Assembly (NCBI GenBank): GCA_031362565.1
Contig: JANLSU010000014.1
Coordinates: 60,578-124,577, forward strand
Reading direction: 5' to 3'
DNA: 64,000 nucleotides
Source of the DNA: a bacterium
Lineage (GTDB): Bacteria; Krumholzibacteriota; Krumholzibacteriia; G020349025
How positions within the stretch are numbered: position 1 is the stretch's first letter; each line of letters starts with the position of its first letter. Positions 62,243 through 64,000 of this stretch are shown one piece after another. Under the pieces are notes generated by a model. The model worked only from the letters and a program-made list of their open reading frames with translations, did no database searches and was not told where the DNA came from. A program made the translations under genes and the position numbers.

Positions 62243-62397
62243 TTGCGCCTCCGGGCGACGAGCCAGATCACGACGATCGCGAGCCCGATGCCGGCGACGA
62301 GCTTCATGTTCACGCCACCCGGCAGCTTGAGCGTGTTCTTCTGCGTGGATCGGGCGTTGTCGTCCGCCTCTGCCACCAAGGCCTCGAGCGAGTTCAT
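62239..62397 (-). CDS. Small protein with C-terminal TM and basic tail (52 aa)
   Basis: LVAGIGLAIVVIWLVARRRK; ATGA coupling. Confidence 0.7.
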   Translation of the reverse strand: MNSLEALVAEADDNARSTQKNTLKLPGGVNMKLVAGIGLAIVVIWLVARRRK

Positions 62398-62696
62398 TGC
62401 TTGCGCGTCATCAGGTAGACGGCTGTGAGCCCGCCACCGACGCCGAGAATCCACTTCCACGGCGGCCCGGTTGCGGTGGCCGGCGACTTCGAAGCATCGA
62501 GAACCCGCTGCGCATCCATCTGCGCCGCCTGGTTCGCTTCCTGCGGTGTCGCGGTGCCGCCTGCGACAGACTTGACAGCGTTCGAAGCCGCATTCACGGC
62601 ACCAACGACGATGTTGCCGCCCGGCACTGTGGCCTTGACGATATTGCCGATCGCCTTGCCGATTTTCAGTTTCTTGATTTTCGAGAAGAAGCCCAC
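62394..62696 (-). CDS. Putative virion membrane protein (100 aa): amphipathic basic N-terminus, C-terminal TM
   Basis: MGFFSKIKKLKIGKAIGNIVK...WKWILGVGGGLTAVYLMTRK; GGGAG SD before GTG. Confidence 0.72.
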   Translation of the reverse strand: MGFFSKIKKLKIGKAIGNIVKATVPGGNIVVGAVNAASNAVKSVAGGTATPQEANQAAQMDAQRVLDASKSPATATGPPWKWILGVGGGLTAVYLMTRKQ

Positions 62697-62721
62697 GACC
62701 GTCTCCCTGGGTGGAAGGACT

Positions 62722-62749
62722 GGCGGCGCGCCGCTATGGACGCGCCGCC
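62722..62749. promoter_or_regulatory. GC-rich hairpin directly downstream of the putative capsid gene
   Basis: GGCGGCGCG-N10-CGCGCCGCC, no U-tract. Confidence 0.55.
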
Positions 62750-62765
62750 GTCCCCACCTGTTCGA

Positions 62766-63722
62766 TCACGCGGCCGCTAACTGCTGCAGCGTGAAGACCT
62801 CTTCGATCTTGCCGGCACGGAGCTTCCGCGCGACCTTGGCCTTCACGACTTCGCCGGACGCCTGCACCGTACGGTCGCGCTTCTTCGAATCGAAGACCGC
62901 GGACAGGATCAGGTGACGCACCACGACGGCGCCGGTCGCGGTCGTCGTAATGACGACGTCGTCCGACAGGACTTCCGTGATCTCGCCCAGGCGCGCGAGC
63001 TTCGTCTCGAAGCAACGCACGTAGCTGCCTTCGATGCGGTTGTCCCAGTTGCTCATCGATTGCAGAACGCCGACCTGGATCGAACTGGATTCCTGGCCGT
63101 CCTTCTTGATCGCGAGCTCCGTGAAGTTGGCGGACGGAGTGATCAGCAGACTTTTGGCGGTACCGTTGTTCACGCCCCAGCCGCGATCGGTGTAGATCGC
63201 GACCACGTTGTCCTGCGGGACGACGCGCCGGTCCTTCGATGCGGCCGAGAAGTCCTGATTGAGCTGAATCATGTACAGCGAGTAATTTTCCTCGCCGGCG
63301 TCGACGGTGACGCCGTACAGCTCGACCAGCGCGCCGGCCACGACCGATGCCGTGAAATTCGGCCCGAATTGCAGCGTGATCTGTGCGCGGTCGGTCGTCT
63401 CGACGGCTTCGACGGTTCCATCGCCATAGCCGCGCGGTATGAAGACCGACATCGCGAATGGAAGGTTGATTGCGGTGTCGCCCGTGCACTCGACCTCGCC
63501 GCCGATCTTTTCGTTCATGAAATGAATCATGTCGAAGTCGGCGTCTACGATCACTTGCGAGCCGTGACGGTAGAACACGTGACCGACCTCGCCGATCGCG
63601 AGGAACTGGGCGGCGGCCTGCGTTCCCGAAATGCGAAGCAGGAAGTAGTCGTAGGTCTCGGGATCGATGTCCGCTTGGAACACTGCACCCGTCGCCGTTT
63701 TGGATGCGAGCAGCTTGCGCAT
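62766..63722 (-). CDS. Putative double-jelly-roll major capsid protein (318 aa)
   Basis: Size; two beta-rich halves; C-terminal basic helix; no signal peptide or TM; recalled resemblance to FLiP-type MCP; flanked by small TM genes. Confidence 0.62.
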   Translation of the reverse strand: MRKLLASKTATGAVFQADIDPETYDYFLLRISGTQAAAQFLAIGEVGHVFYRHGSQVIVDADFDMIHFMNEKIGGEVECTGDTAINLPFAMSVFIPRGYGDGTVEAVETTDRAQITLQFGPNFTASVVAGALVELYGVTVDAGEENYSLYMIQLNQDFSAASKDRRVVPQDNVVAIYTDRGWGVNNGTAKSLLITPSANFTELAIKKDGQESSSIQVGVLQSMSNWDNRIEGSYVRCFETKLARLGEITEVLSDDVVITTTATGAVVVRHLILSAVFDSKKRDRTVQASGEVVKAKVARKLRAGKIEEVFTLQQLAAA

Positions 63723-63726
63723 GGTG

Positions 63727-63834
63727 TTACGCCACCACCGCGGGGAACTTCTTCGACAGCTTGGCCGTCACGATCCCGGCCACAACGCCGGCGAAGACGG
63801 TCACTGCGAAGAAGATGATCTTCTCCTTGGACAT
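63727..63834 (-). CDS. Tiny single-TM protein (35 aa; not in ORF track)
   Basis: MSKEKIIFFAVTVFAGVVAGIVTAKLSKKFPAVVA; AGGAGG SD; ends 4 nt before capsid-like gene. Confidence 0.72.
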   Translation of the reverse strand: MSKEKIIFFAVTVFAGVVAGIVTAKLSKKFPAVVA

Positions 63835-63854
63835 TTTTCGATTCCCTCCTACAC

Positions 63855-63889
63855 AAAAAAACCGGGTCGCCCTGTTACAGGCGCCCGGT
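63855..63889 (-). terminator. Intrinsic terminator-like hairpin plus U-tract immediately upstream of the structural operon
   Basis: Minus strand ACCGGGCGCCTGTAACAGGGCGACCCGG followed by TTTTTTT. Confidence 0.65.
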
Positions 63890-64000
63890 CCGGGTTCGAA
63901 GAGAAGTCGAACACGGTCAGGGGGGGCACTCCTAGAAGTTTCCCCCTATGTCAGGGTTTAGACCCCCTCTTTACGAACTTCCCGGCACGCCCGTGGGTCG

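Larger units (their letters stand above)
59460..64000 (-). mobile_element. Putative dif-integrated tailless (double-jelly-roll, membrane-containing) provirus, right end beyond window
   Basis: dif boundary; coupled operon of capsid-like protein, many small TM proteins and M15 lysin; no tail, portal or terminase seen. Confidence 0.72.

Noticed and set aside
60074..63834. Filamentous phage (inovirus) interpretation, given dif integration and a 35-aa TM protein resembling a coat protein
   Set aside because: No Zot/pI ATPase or pIII-like Gly-rich signal-peptide protein in the operon, and a lysin plus a 318-aa soluble beta protein fit an icosahedral virus better; not fully excluded because the element is truncated

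Overview
High-GC bacterial chromosomal window. Gene order and protein style suggest an FCB-group candidate lineage (Latescibacterota/Krumholzibacteriota/Eisenbacteria-like); this is an inference, not a determination. Positions 1-59.3 kb are mostly housekeeping: rpsT, proS, uvrC-xerD-trpS-scpAB-rluB-aroF-cmk/plsC-rpsA-lapAB-mutS, mutL-miaA, der-plsY-gpsA, surE-pcm-apt, lptE-holA-leuS and degP. This part also holds tRNA-Gly, two tRNA-Pro, an atypical tRNA-Sec, a small ketosynthase/flavoprotein/UbiA operon, a peptide-utilisation cluster and a DUF222-like/HNH gene. The main signal is at the right end. A near-canonical dif (XerC/XerD) site at 59460-59487 is followed by a tightly coupled minus-strand operon encoding a 318-aa beta-rich protein resembling a double-jelly-roll (FLiP-like) major capsid protein, eight small membrane-anchored proteins (one a peptidase-M15 lysin) and a putative spike. 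This looks like a tailless, membrane-containing provirus integrated at dif through host Xer recombinases. It runs off the window end, so its replication genes and second att site cannot be seen. All family calls come from motif recognition, not database searches.
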